Made by a program: the position numbers and the translations under genes. The notes under the pieces were generated by a model. It had not been told where the DNA came from and searched no databases. It worked only from the letters and a program-made list of their open reading frames with translations. DNA of 63,750 nt, counting the filler, from Octopus bimaculoides (lineage: Eukaryota): the NCBI RefSeq assembly GCF_001194135.2. It is 7 parts of 7 records of this genome, joined end to end, with 100 filler letters (N's around TTAATTAATTAA, not from the genome) between each part and the next. Parts side by side here need not be neighbours in the genome. Positions count along the whole stretch, not along the records: positions 49,956 to 58,845 come from NC_068999.1; positions 58,946 to 60,821 come from NC_068988.1; positions 60,922 to 63,750 come from NW_026410173.1; 4 more parts are not named here. The stretch is one strand, 5' to 3'. This document shows, piece after piece, positions 50,565 through 63,290 of the stretch. The first letter of the stretch is position 1; each line of letters opens with the position of its first letter.

Positions 50565-52500
50565 TCCTGTCTTTGAAAGAACTTTTTTTGTTATCTATTC
50601 CGGATCGTTCTGGACACCACATCATACCTCATAGGAAGATAATATCTGGAAGACATTCTCTCACAGATGGTAATAATGTGGTTGATGTCTTCTGGCTTGG
50701 TCATGCACAGCCTACATTTGTTGTCTGTCAACGTTTTCTGCCCCTTATGCTGTAGGAACTTGATAGAGATCTCTTGTTCGTGAATTGCATAGAAGCAGCT
50801 TTCAGTGTAGGATGTCGCAAACTTGTCGATACTCCATGCCAAGCTCTTGACATGATTAATCGCTTTTATGGTTCGTGCTTTTCATGCCAAGTACCCATAT
50901 ACTATCTTCTTAGTGAACTGGTCCATTCTTTTATTTTGTTCTTATTGGTGTCTAGCGGACAGCTGATTTCCACGACAGAACATTCTCTGACAGTTGCCAA
51001 TAATTTGCTCTGATGTCTTTAGTCTTGGTCTGCGCAGCCTACATTTGTTGTCTGTCAACGTTTTCTCCTTGGGGACAGATCTGTATTAGCTCTTTTCCAT
51101 AGTTATCCTCAAGCTCATTAACTATCCTAATTATGTTATTGATTTCATGGTCGCAAACTTGAGCAAGATAGTTACTGGTCTCTTTCCTCTGCGGCAGATA
51201 TTGTTTCAGTGTCGCTATACTTGCTTCATATGACATCAATACAGGTTTGAGACCACGACCACCATCTTTGCGTAGGAAGTATAGCCTGTTTAAATCTCCA
51301 TTGATGTTGAAGCTTCCTGTAATACTGAGTAATTTGCGAGTTCAAACATGTTTCATTGAGTTCTTTCAGTGACAAGTTCAGAAGGCCAAACGTAGGCGTG
51401 AGAACAGGCAAATCTGAAAGTTCTGAGGACCACATTCTCTTTACTTTCCTGAGGTATTCATTCCTGGTCCTATTCTTATTTATGGGTCTGTCATATCTGA
51501 CATTCCCATCTTGTCCAAGATACCTATAATTGTTCACCTGATTGTAAACGTTGTATTGTCAAGCCGTTCATTTTTAAATTTTCGGAGTAGGACACAACTT
51601 TTCCACGTTTCATTATCAAAAATGCCCATTTGCACTCACCAAATTTCGTTCCCACCTCTGTAGAAAATTGGGTAATGAGACCCAATTGTTTTTTGATATT
51701 TGACCTGTACAGTTTCAGACAAATAAAAGATGTGAGATACTTCTGGATCCATTTCTATGACCATTATGGTTTGGAGCAGGTTTGATGATAGATTTAATAA
51801 GAAGACGATGTGCAACACCGACAGGTTATCACCGTCAAAGATGCCTTTTTGGTAATGAATGCTATCCGACTCGATTTGCTCCTTATCACTTCTAAGGAGC
51901 AAAGTGGTGTACCAAGTCTTGATCAGGCGTTCAACAGCACTCACCAGTGGTTGTAGGACTTTGGCTAACTGTAAAGTCCTGATATTCCAAACGTGTGGGA
52001 TACTATCAAAAGCCATCTGGTAGTCCAACCACACTACGGTTACGTTCCAGCGATTTTTACTGTTTTTTTCCTGGATCATTTTGTTAACTGGTAGCTGCAG
52101 TATATAGCATCATACCTCCTTCCTTTCTCCAACTTGCTCAGGTGTTATAATGTTGTAAGTGTCACAATGGTCCCGTAAGAACAGATGGAGGCACCCAGTG
52201 TATAATCTGTAAATGATGTTGTAGGAGACTATAAAACGTTCATTTTTAGCAAGGGTGGTTTGGCTATTCTTGGGGATTAGGAGAATAGTTGCAGTTGATT
52301 TCTATTCGGGAAGTTTTTGTGTACCCTTTACAACCGCATGAGGTCTCGTTGATAAAAGGTGAAATTCTTCATCCATCAGCCTGTTATGAGGTCTGGGCCT
52401 GGGGATTTCCTGTTTGACATATTCTGTAACACCTTTCCAGTATTTCACCGTCTATTTCATATTGCGTTTGCTGAACATTCTGGCAGAAGTCCTGCTCCAG
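50565..52500 (-). mobile_element. R4/Dong-clade (RLE-type) non-LTR retrotransposon relic
   Basis: RT motifs VWLDYQMAFDSIPH and YQKGIFDGDNLS, YRYLGQD, and a zinc knuckle CRLCMTKPEDINHIITICERMSSRYYLPMRYDVV, with many frameshifts. Confidence 0.85.
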
Positions 52501-52964
52501 TTCTTGTAGCCATGCAATTTGTATGTATGTATGTATGACTGAATGAATGAATGACAGGCTCCCATGCATTTTGCAACTACTAAATTCATTTACAAGGCAT
52601 TGGCCACCTCTGGTCTATTAGCTGAAAATACTTGTTTAAGGTGCTGCAGTTGGACTGAACTCAAAACCACGTGATTGCAAAGCGAACGTCTTAACTACAC
52701 AGTCGTAACAAGCATCTGTGTGTCTGTCTATTTATCTGTCTATATGTATTTGTATGTGTGTAAACATACGCGTGCGTGTGCGTGTGAATAGTAATGTGTA
52801 GAAGTATGTCTTTTTAAGTCCAAAAAGATAAATCGTAACTGTTCTTTAAGCTCCACAGAGAAATAAATGTTCGGAATCTATATGATCGACTAAAACACTC
52901 GAAGGTACGGCCCCAATAATTAGATTGAAAACCTCGCGCCATGCTTGGCTCTAAAAGCCAATCT

Positions 52965-53158
52965 GTTTTAGGTGAGCTGCTAAATGCAGGAGTGAGTAAG
53001 AGAAAATTGTGGTGAAAGATTCAGTAGAAGTTCGCCATTACCTTCTGCCGGAGCCGCGTAGAGCTTAGATGTTTCGCTCATAAACACACACACATCCGAA
53101 CCCGCGTTACTTCGACCGCGAGTCCGCTGCTCTAACCACTAGGCCATGTGCCTCCACT
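52965..53158 (-). mobile_element. tRNA-derived SINE
   Basis: Minus strand GTGGAGGCACATGGCCTAGTGGTTAGAGCAGCGGACTCGCGGTCGAAG...GGGTTCGGAT head. Confidence 0.65.
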
Positions 53159-53614
53159 AAACACAGCCAATTCGACTGGATTAAATATAGCGAATTTACC
53201 TGACTCATATTAAGATAAATACAGTTGCTTCCCTTGCATCCAGTAACTGGTTGGCTCAAAAGCTTTTAAAAACCCAATAGGACACCAGATACCAGATACC
53301 TTTTATAGGCGATTTAAAAATAAAAAATGTACTTTGCAGGTTCATTACGCTAATATATAGTGATTGGTTAACATACCTATCATGTGAGTGTTTGGACATT
53401 TGCTGAGTCCTATGTTGCCATTGGCTGAGCATTGCACAGGAATGGAATCGAAGGTTCAATCATGTTTCACGTAATATATTTCAAACAACTAATTTATATG
53501 TCTTCTAGGTCAGAGGGGTGATAGTTTTTCATCAAGGTGAGTTATGCGGATCCTACCGTTTTTTTTGTTTGTTTGTTTGTTTTATCAGAGGAGAATTAAT
53601 ATAAAGGAGCCTAT

Positions 53615-53745
53615 TTCCGCCGAGGTTGATTTTGCCTTTCATCCTTTCGGGGTCGATAAATTAAGTACTAGTAGCGTACTGGAGTCGATGTAATCGACTG
53701 GTTCCCACTTCAAAAATTTCGGGCCTTGTGACTAGAGTAGAAAAA
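53615..53745 (+). mobile_element. 5'-truncated family A SINE
   Basis: ttccgccgaggttgattttgcctttcatcctttcggggtcgataaattaagtact...gtcgatgtaatcgactg. Confidence 0.75.
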
Positions 53746-55785
53746 ATATATATAAAGGAGCCTATGTAACTAACGACGGCCCAAGCTGAATTACCAAAAC
53801 GATAGATGAACAACAACCACCAGAATATGTAATGATTCTTCCTTCAATCCACGGTACCACTTTACGAAGGGTTAAAGTCCCACTGTTACTTTAAAGTTAG
53901 TTTCTTTCATTATTTGTACGAATGAAAACGCAACATATATTATATAAACATATTATATAACGACATACATGGTTCTTTAGTAAAACCAAGGGAAATTTCA
54001 GACTAGGAGTTCTTAACTATTTTTTACCTATGGACCCCTTTGATTCCTATTTCACTTGAGTGGACCTCCATAGCCATTCGGTATCTAAAAATCCTATTGT
54101 TTTTATAACTAAATATTATTAGGACTTGAATAAAAAATTAAAATATATTTTGTGTATTGTGGACGTATAACCAATTTATTGCACATAAACTTTACTGGTC
54201 AAAAGCATGATTTTTTTCATGGCCCCTGAAAATTTACTGATAACTTGTGTTAGTTGGTTTATATCCCAGCAAGTTGGTGGTTCAGCAAAATATACTTATA
54301 GAACAAGTACCGTGCTTAAAAAAAGAAAAAAGAAAATGCTGGGGTTGTTCAGTTCAACTAAAACCTTTCATGAAGGTACCTTGGCATAAACAAGATAAAA
54401 AGATACACTCATTCAGACGCGGATATATTAAATATTATACAACATACATTCTTGCTTTATTAAAACTCTCTGCCTCTAGAGAATGTGTTTTAATGACCAG
54501 ATATTTATTAACTCCATATGAAAAGAGAGAATTTCAAGAATCAAGAATTCTCCATACTTGACATACTATTAAGGGAAAGGACAAATTCATTGTCTGAGAT
54601 AACCTATATGATCTGCTCTTTTCATTTACGTCAATGTCCCTTAGCTGCCAAGACAATCTAGGACAATTGCTGCCTGGTGATGCTTACTGAGACAGAAACT
54701 CAAGTCCACAACTGTCCTCTCGCCCCCAGACAGTATGTTAGTCCTTTGTTATAATAGCCGGTCAACTTTTGAGAATTCTTGTTTCTTGAGATTACCTCCC
54801 TTCCTTATATGGATCTAGTCGGGACTGCTCTTTGGTTATTGTGATACATCCTCTAGAGGCAGAGAGTTTTAATAAGTGAAGCATGTACACCACCTTTCAA
54901 GTGTTTTGTCAATGATATCAGCTCTAGTACTTTGGCACTTATTTTATCATTCCTGTAAGATATGAAACATGGTGATTAGCCCGAAGGGAATAATTCAGTC
55001 GAGACTTCAGATTTAAATACAGATGCAGGCGTGGCTGGTATTGGAACATTAATTGGATTTTGCATTCCATACATTCGTTTTATAATTTATTTTATTTTAA
55101 TTCATTTTATTATTGTATTGAGTTTCACTTTATTTAGTCCCACAAAATACAGCTCAAAGGCAGTTTGAAAAATTTGTTCAGTCTCAGAATTTCTTTGGTA
55201 ATGAATAAACAAGTACCATCCATTGATCTAATTTTCTCTTTAAACAAGTTTACGATGTATGAAATATGTATCTAATAATTTACGTTATCTTTTATTTCTG
55301 ACTCAAATTTTAGCCAACCCCACACCACCACCCCCAAAAAGAAAGAAGGCTAACTCACAAGATGGCTAATTTATTCATCTTACTTGATTATATCCAACCT
55401 ACTTTTACTTAACAAGGTAGTGGCATGGCTGAAACGAGCAAGTTGTATTTCACTGCTTCAGGAGAAAATAGGGGACAAGAACACTGAACCCAAGCAGGAT
55501 AGATGGTTTGTTGAAAATCACACAAGCTAGTAACAGTTACTGCACCTCAAATCAGAGGGTCTCTGTCATTTAACTAAAACCAAGGATGACAACATATGAA
55601 TTCAAAGGACCCAGTTTGCTGAAGGTTATTGGAGTAGAATGTGGTAAGAGTCATGGAGTGCCCTGATCCTAACAATGTGGCAACTTCTTCGCCCTTTATG
55701 CCATTTGTTTTGAGAATTAAATTCTCAACTTATTTCAATACCTTGTATATTATAGTTTCCCATCCCAACTCCCTTGTTTAATATA

Positions 55786-56438
55786 CGAGAGGAAGTTAAA
55801 AATTATCTGCACTTTTGCCATATCTTTATTATTGTCACACTGCCTTCTGCGTATGCATGCTTATAGTTTGTACTATTGTGGTCACGTGATTGGAGTTTGA
55901 GCCTAATTGCACCATTTTTCTTTCTGGCTTTGCGGTGTAAGCATGGCCACTCCACTAGCAATATGCACCAAAGAAGAACAAAGAGTAGTGGTCCAAGAGA
56001 TGGTAATGGTGAACCGGTTCACCTTTACCATCTCTCAAGCTTGTTGAATCTTCTCATCATTGGTAGAGGCTGATGGGTTTCCTGTTCCCTCTTCGTGCGT
56101 CATGCTTCTCCGGCCACTTTTAAACTTCTACATCCACTCATACACACAGTAGTGCACTGTCCCCATATTGTTCTAAAAGCCTCCAATGAATTTCAGCACC
56201 TGACACACCTTTCGACCAGAGAAATCACATCACTGCTCTTTTTCCTTCTATGGTGTACATTGCTAGTGGAGCGACCATGCTTACACTGTAAAACCAGAAA
56301 GAAAAATGACACGACCAGGCTCACTTCAATTACATGACCACACGAGTACCAATTATAAGCACGCATGCACAGAAGACAGTGTGTCAATAATAAAGATATG
56401 TTATGGCGAAAGTGAGGATAACATTTGACTTCCTCTCA
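55786..56438. mobile_element. Mariner-derived foldback made of two inverted 5' ends
   Basis: TA-flanked ends CGAGAGGAAGTTAAA.../...TTTGACTTCCTCTCA with arms of about 200 bp. Both arms encode the transposase start (MATPLAICTKEEQRVV; MVAPLAMYTIEGKRAV), and the minus arm continues FLWSKGVSGAEIHWRLLEQYGDSAL. Confidence 0.82.
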
Positions 56439-56452
56439 TATATATATATATT

Positions 56453-56712
56453 GTTGCCAGTGCCGCTGGACTGGCTCCTGTGCTGGTAAAAAATACCATT
56501 TGAGTGTGTCCGTTGCCAGTGCCACCTGACTGGCTCTCGTGCTGGTGGCACGTAAAAATACCCACTACACTCTCAGAGTGGTTGGCGTTAGGAAGGGCAT
56601 CCAGCTGTAGAAACTCTGCCAGATCAGATTGGAGCCTGGTTCGCCAGTCCTCAGTCAAATCGTCCAACCCATGCTAGCATGGAAAGCAGACGTTAAACGA
56701 TGATGATGATGA
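56453..56712 (+). mobile_element. Repeat family C
   Basis: Matches 25680-25960, including the (TGA)n tail. Confidence 0.85.
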
Positions 56713-56863
56713 TTGTTAATCCTCAGTCAACTTGATCTTTGCAATAAATTTATCAATACAGTGTCACACTATCAGTTAAATGTCCCAATGTTATTCTTAA
56801 ACATACTTTAAAAAAATAATAAACATCTATCGATCTATGCATACATATATATTATATAAAATC

Positions 56864-57104
56864 CGTGGGTAAGGCTGGAACAAAGTGAAATAAATCCAAG
56901 GCAAATCACAAGGAAACAGATATATGAATTAATGGTGACTTACCCTGCATTCAATTATGAACCCCCCCCCCTCTTCAAGAATTAGCNNNNNNNNNNGTGA
57001 CTTACCCTGCATTCAATTATGAACCCCCCCCCTCTTCAAGAATTAGCAAATGTTACAAGTGATTTGTCTTGGATTTATTTCACATTGTTCCAGCCTTACC
57101 CACG
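56864..57104. mobile_element. MITE with ~46-bp TIRs
   Basis: cgtgggtaaggctggaacaaagtgaaataaatccaaggcaaatcac versus gtgatttgtcttggatttatttcacattgttccagccttacccacg. Confidence 0.8.
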
Positions 57105-57174
57105 AATTTCATATATTTCACACAATGCTTTATACTAACTATTCCATTATATATATATATATATATATTCATTT

Positions 57175-58039
57175 TAATGGCTTTAAGCTATAAGATGTTG
57201 CACATGCACTCAGCTCCAAGCACAATGCTTCATATAGCAGAAACAGCAGTAAACCTCATTAGACAGCACAGTGTCTTATTGGAAGATGTACTATCTTCTA
57301 TTGCATACATACAATATCTATCCAGGACTTCAGAACTTTTCCCAACATCTCTATAAAGACACCAGCATTGACCCTATGAAAAAAAAGCATAGAGGCATGA
57401 CAACATCTCCATTGTTGCTAACAAATCCCAGAACTATCACAGTTGCTGGAAACTTAGTATACATGACTGTTGGAGCCTCATTCAAGTCTCTACATAGCCA
57501 TCTCTCATTACTTTGGTTTACCTTTTGGTTCAGATTAAATTTTTTTCTCCATGGGAGAAATATCAAAGCATTCCAGCCTCTTTAACTTGTTTTGCAAGCA
57601 CTTTGAATGGATTGAATGCTTCTTTGTCACATCCAACATAAACTGATCTCTTTGCATCACATACAACTTGTAGCAGATGTCCTCATGCACAACTCTTCTG
57701 GTCATGCATTCTGTAATCTTCAGGGGCTTTTATCGATTATTTCTAGAACTTTTCGTACAAAGTTACCTGTTCTGATTGTATTAGGACCCTGTACATGTGT
57801 TTTGTGTTTAGCTCCTGATGTTGGATCCCCTTCAGCAGCTTCCAGCTCTTTTTGAACATTGACAACAAAGGATCAAGTAACTTTCAAGAAGCGAACCATC
57901 TCTATATCACTATGTTGTGCTTTTTCATTTGCTGAGTCAACCTAATGTCTGACATCATTTATCTGAAAAGTAAGGTAAAAAATAAGAACAAAGTTGGAGC
58001 TCTTGAAAAAAAGCTTCCTCAAAAAACTGACACACCCTG
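57175..58039 (-). mobile_element. maT/DD37D-like transposase relic
   Basis: TA|CAGGGTGTGTCAG terminus at 58039. KFNLNQKVNQSNERWLC...PTVMYTKFPATVIVLGFVSNNGDVVMP, plus a degenerate FQ*D segment. Confidence 0.75.
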
Positions 58040-58660
58040 TATGTATATATGTGTATGTATAATATATATACTGTACACCCCCTCATGTATTTTGTATTGA
58101 ATATTTGGGATCTTTTGGAGAATGATGAAAGAAAAGTCTCCAGAGAGCAGATTAGCAAACTGCTTAAGCAGCAGTTAACAGGGCATTTGTCAACAACAGG
58201 TTGCATGCCACTCTGAAAAGAGCCATTAGAGAGGAACTAATAGGATATAGCAAACCCTTAGCAATAGAAAACAATATACTTGTGCAGGGAGCTTGTTAGT
58301 AAATTATAAGAGACAATTAGACAATTATGTAGAGACTGGATTGCTTCAATGTACAGCAGCATATATTTGGTGACCTGATTAATTGTCCACCTATTAAAAC
58401 AGTTTTGAATTGCACATCCAACCTGTCAAATATGTCCTCTCTCATTGGGTCTGTATCTTTTGAGCTATTGCTGCTAAAGCTAAGAGTTGATGGATATTTC
58501 ACTAACACTGGGATACTGAAAAGCCATGTCAGCAGTACAAGAGTAAACATTAACCTGGATAAGTCAATAGACTTGCAGCAGTCTAACACTCAGAGAAGCA
58601 AGTGCAAGCAGGCTAGCACTGTGGCTTATAGGACGGAGGGTTCTGAAAAAATTATTAAGA

Positions 58661-58825
58661 TGCAGGAGTGGCTGTGTGGTAAGCAGCTTGCTTACCAACC
58701 ACATGGTTCTGGGTTCATTCCCACTGCGTGGCATCTTGGGCAAGTATCTTCTCCTATAGCTTCGGACCGACCAAAGCCTTGTTAGTGGATTTGGTAGACG
58801 GAAACTGAAAGAAGCCTGTCGTATA
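58661..58825 (+). mobile_element. SINE family B head
   Basis: tgcaggagtggctgtgtggtaagcagcttgcttaccaaccacatggttctgggttcattccc...; runs into (TA)n and a gap. Confidence 0.85.
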
Positions 58826-58945
58826 TATATATATATATATATATANNNNNNNNNNNNNNNNNNNNNNNNNNNNNNNNNNNNNNNNNNNNTTAATTAATTA
58901 ANNNNNNNNNNNNNNNNNNNNNNNNNNNNNNNNNNNNNNNNNNNN

Positions 58946-59373
58946 GATGTCGTGATGGGGATGGACGCCATCAACCGTCTTGGTGGTGTTAGGATTGCAG
59001 GAGATGAGGTCACGTTCGGAAGTGTGAGGGCATCGTGTGCCGTGAGTCGGGACACTGGGGAGAGCAGAGCCCCGTCGGGGACAGCGCCGCTTACACCATC
59101 GAGGACAAAGATTTTCAGGCGACGTTCGATGGTCGGAGGTGGACGATAGAGTGGCAATAGAAAGACGATTCCCCACTACTAAAGAACAGGGTGAGCTGCT
59201 ACCAGCATACTTTGAAAGGTCACGCCGGGGTCGGGTTCGACGAGGAGGTAGAGAGATGGATCAAGGAAGGAGTCCTTGTCCCGTGGAAAGAGGAGGTGGT
59301 GAGCGGAGTGCTACTTCTGATGGTGGTGGTGTAGCCGACGAAACGAAAAATCAGACCGGTGCTGGACATTGCG
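58946..59373 (+). mobile_element. Ty3/Gypsy-like LTR retrotransposon pol fragment (protease end, RT start)
   Basis: DVVMGMDAINRLGGV, then in a shifted frame FDEEVERWIKEGVLVPW...LLLMVVV*PTKRKIRPVLD. GC-rich and starts at a gap. Confidence 0.75.
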
Positions 59374-59691
59374 TGTCTCCTCAGTCAAAGACATCTTCAG
59401 TTCAATGATCTAATTACAGCACTGGCTCTTACGTGCACCACATGAAATATGTCTGCATGCATACGTGTGTGTGTGTGTGTAACTAAATTAAATTACTAAG
59501 GCACCAGTTACTGAGTGAGTGGATTAAATTGTTCATAAATTCACATGCGGATGTTCACCCTGACCGTGTAAACAAGACCTTGATTTAAACAGCAGAACAC
59601 GCCTCTAGCCTCTGTTGCAAGCTGAACTCAAGTTCAACTCAGTTAATTTCGGATGGTTGTAACCGTTTCAATGCGTTCAACACACGTTGGT

Positions 59692-59757
<66 letters not shown>

Positions 59758-60469
59758 TAGGCAACAAAGAACTGGCAGATAAACAAACACACTCTCTCTC
59801 ACGCACACACAGACACACACACATTCACACATACACACACACACACACAAACGCACACACACGCGCACATGCACACACAAAGAGCTAGAGAGACAGACGA
59901 GAGAGAAAGTGAGAGGAGGCGAGAAGAAAAAAGCAGCTTATTTACAAAAAGAATATACAGAAGCAACAGGAGATGATATATCTCATTTGCATATCAGTTC
60001 ATTCACGGAAAGTTTGTATTCATTATTCAAGTAATGTCCTTTCGCCAACAACTTTGTGTAGTAAGATCGTATGTACATTACTTTAAATATATTTGTTTAT
60101 TTAGCAAGAATCTATTTATTTAGCAAGGCCGAATGGTTGTTTATTAAACATACTTATGAATTTAACCTGTATATTTCTTTTATATCGCATATCAGAAGTT
60201 GACTCGTTTATTTTGTTTATCTTCTCACTGTGTAGAGTCAATGTTTTAACTCCTAAATGATTTTAATTTATATCAACATTTGTTTGAGCACGTCGGTAAG
60301 AAATATCTCACTAAGACTAATAATGATCGTATACCGTGGGGAGTAATGCATAAGTCTTATAGGTTATACGTGTGTGTGTGTGTGTGTGTGCGCGCGCGCG
60401 CTGATATACAGGCATGTGTATACATACATGTATGTATGTATGTATCCTTCCATTCACAAGTTCTCCATA

Positions 60470-60821
60470 GAACATCTGCTTAGGAATCCTGCTATCCTTC
60501 ATTCTAATAAGGTGTCCAGTCCAACGTAACCGGTGCTTGTGCACCATCGCCTCAATACTCAAGATATCAGCTGTCCTCAGGATCCGTGTGTCTGGAATTT
60601 TTGAGGTCCAGCCAACATTGAGAATGTGTCTGAGACATCTCTGATGAAAGCGTTCAAGGACCCTTACCTGACGTTTGTACAGAGTCCATGTCTCACATGA
60701 GTAGAGGAGCGATGTCAGTACACATGCACGGTACACAGCAACTTTTGTTTGCCTTGCTATGCCATGCTGGGACCAGACACGAGACTGAAGAGACCGGAAG
60801 GAATTAGTTGCTCTCTGCAAC
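60470..60821 (-). mobile_element. RTE (BovB-like) LINE RT C-terminal fragment, open frame
   Basis: TKVAVYRACVLTSLLYSCETWTLY...LERFHQRCLRHIL...RLRWTGHLIRMKDSRIPKQMFYGEL. Confidence 0.92.
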
Positions 60822-60921
60822 NNNNNNNNNNNNNNNNNNNNNNNNNNNNNNNNNNNNNNNNNNNNTTAATTAATTAANNNNNNNNNNNNNNNNNNNNNNN
60901 NNNNNNNNNNNNNNNNNNNNN

Positions 60922-61043
60922 CATCAGATGTCTTGGGGAAATTTCGAAACTGGGTTCTCATTCCTAAGGTATTTTTCAGTGTTGTTACTGTTGTTATTAT
61001 TATTAGTATTATTATTATTTATTATTATTATTATTATTATTAT
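60922..61043 (-). mobile_element. Partial second copy of the hammerhead-bearing SINE-like repeat
   Basis: catcagatgtcttggggaaatttcgaaactgggttctcattcctaaggtatttttc closely matches 7713-7770 and is followed by (ATT)n. Both ends run into N gaps. Confidence 0.75.
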
Positions 61044-61504
61044 NNNNNNNNNNNNNNNNNNNNNNNNNNNNNNNNNNNNNNNNNNNNNNNNNNNNNNNNN
61101 NNNNNNNNNNNNNNNNNNNNNNNNNNNNNNNNNNNNNNNNNNNNNNNNNNNNNNNNNNNNGGCAGTTCAGTGTAAAGACCGATAGAGAGTAAGTACCAGG
61201 CTTAAAAACTGAGCTCTGGTGTCAATTTGATTGACTGAACCGTTTAAGTTGGTGCCCCAACAGGGCTGCAGCCCAGTGAATAGAACAAGTAAAAGACAAA
61301 AGATAAGAGATAGGTGGTTAGGAGAAAAGTAGGTAGATACAATTTTATATAAATACTAACCCAGAGGTTGTCAGACTGAGAGAAACCACAATAAAATATT
61401 CGTGAAATTTTGTTTGTTCCTCAACTCTTTAGTGATGAGAAGACAGAATAGAGTTTTCATCCATTTAATTCTTGTAACTTCATCATGGTATTTTTATATT
61501 TTAT

Positions 61505-61988
61505 CTTACACTTGTTTCAGTCTCTAGACTGTGGCCATGCTGGGGCACTACCTTGAAGAATTTTTAGTTGAATGNNNNNNNNNNNNNNNNNNNNNNNNNN
61601 NNNNNNNNNNNNNNNNNNNNNNNNNNNNNNNNNNNNNNNNNNNNNNNNNNNNNNNNNNNNNNNNNNNNNNNNNNNNNNNNNNNNNNNNNNNNNNNNNNNN
61701 NNNNNNNNNNNNNNNNNNNNNNNNNNNNNNNNNNNNNNNNNNNNNNNNNNNNNNNNNNNNNNNNCTTCTTTCAGTTTCCATCTACCAAATCCACTCACAA
61801 GGCTTTTGTTGGCCAAAGGCTATCGTAGAAGACACTTGCCCCAGGTTCCACACAGTGGGACTGAACCCAGAACAATATATATGGTTGGGAAGCAAGCTTC
61901 TTACCACACAGCCACACCTGCATGTCTTCTTTTCTTTTATTTGCTTGTATCAGTCATTTGACTGTGGCCATGCTGGAGCACCACCTTT
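61505..61988 (-). mobile_element. Family B SINE copies, partly in gaps
   Basis: Family B tail at 61505-61574, head at 61765-61920, and another tail at 61935-61988. Confidence 0.7.
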
Positions 61989-63074
61989 ANNNNNNNNNNN
62001 NNNNNNNNNNNNNNNNNNNNNNNNNNNNNNNNNNNNNNNNNNNNNNNNNNNNNNNNNNNNNNNNNNNNNNNNNNNNNNNNNNNNNNNNNNNNNNNNNNNN
62101 NNNNNNNNNNNNNNNNNNNNNNNNNNNNNNNNNNNNNNNNNNNNNNNNNNNNNNNNNNNNNNNNNNNNNNNNNNNNNNNNNNNNNNNNNNNNNNNNNNNN
62201 NNNNNNNNNNNNNNNNNNNNNNNNNNNNNNNNNNNNNNNNNNNNNNNNNNNNNNNNNNNNNNNNNNNNNNNNNNNNNNNNNNNNNNNNNNNNNNNNNNNN
62301 NNNNNNNNNNNNNNNNNNNNNNNNNNNNNNNNNNNNNNNNNNNNNNNNNNNNNNNNNNNNNNNNNNNNNNNNNNNNNNNNNNNNNNNNNNNNNNNNNNNN
62401 NNNNNNNNNNNNNNNNNNNNNNNNNNNNNNNNNNNNNNNNNNNNNNNNNNNNNNNNNNNNNNNNNNNNNNNNNNNNNNNNNNNNNNNNNNNNNNNNNNNN
62501 NNNNNNNNNNNNNNNNNNNNNNNNNNNNNNNNNNNNNNNNNNNNNNNNNNNNNNNNNNNNNNNNNNNNNNNNNNNNNNNNNNNNNNNNNNNNNNNNNNNN
62601 NNNNNNNNNNNNNNNNNNNNNNNNNNNNNNNNNNNNNNNNNNNNNNNNNNNNNNNNNNNNNNNNNNNNNNNNNNNNNNNNNNNNNNNNNNNNNNNNNNNN
62701 NNNNNNNNNNNNNNNNNNNNNNNNNNNNNNNNNNNNNNNNNNNNNNNNNNNNNNNNNNNNNNNNNNNNNNNNNNNNNNNNNNNNNNNNNNNNNNNNNNNN
62801 NNNNNNNNNNNNNNNNNNNNNNNNNNNNNNNNNNNTTGGTAAGCAAGCTACTTACCACACAGCCACTCCTGCACCTGTTGGAAATTTTTTAAATCATCTT
62901 CAGTTTATTAAGCATGCCAATTGTCCACCCTTTTCAATCTGCACAGAACCACCACTTATGAAAATCACTGCACTAAATGACAATTATGGACTTCTTTTTC
63001 GTCTTTGAATACAAACTTTATTGAATCACAAGAAAACAAAGACACTGAAAAAGGAAAAAGAAAAGAAAGTGAGG

Positions 63075-63290
63075 ATTAAGGTGGTCACAGCTGCGTACTA
63101 TGGTCTTGACTGTGGCAGTTGCTGCAGAGAATGGCCAACAACACTTGCTGCAGTGGCTATTCCACCTTACTGAGCTCATTTCTCAGATGGGCCACTGTTA
63201 TCCCAATTTTGTAGAGGAAAATGGTGGTGTGGGGTCCAAGAACACTTGAGGTCTCTATGGCCACTAGCACAAACTGATATTGTGAACAAC
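63075..63290 (-). mobile_element. CRE-like non-LTR element C-terminal (RLE) remnant
   Basis: YQFVLVAIETSSVLGPHTTIFLYKIG...*PLQQVLLAILCSNCHS resembles the FVPVAIETSGxxG...QRISxAIQRGNA end of CRE-type elements. Confidence 0.55.

Noticed and set aside
58100-58660. Overlapping ORFs on both strands with protein-like patches
   Set aside because: Fragmented by stops and frameshifts, with no recognisable motif.
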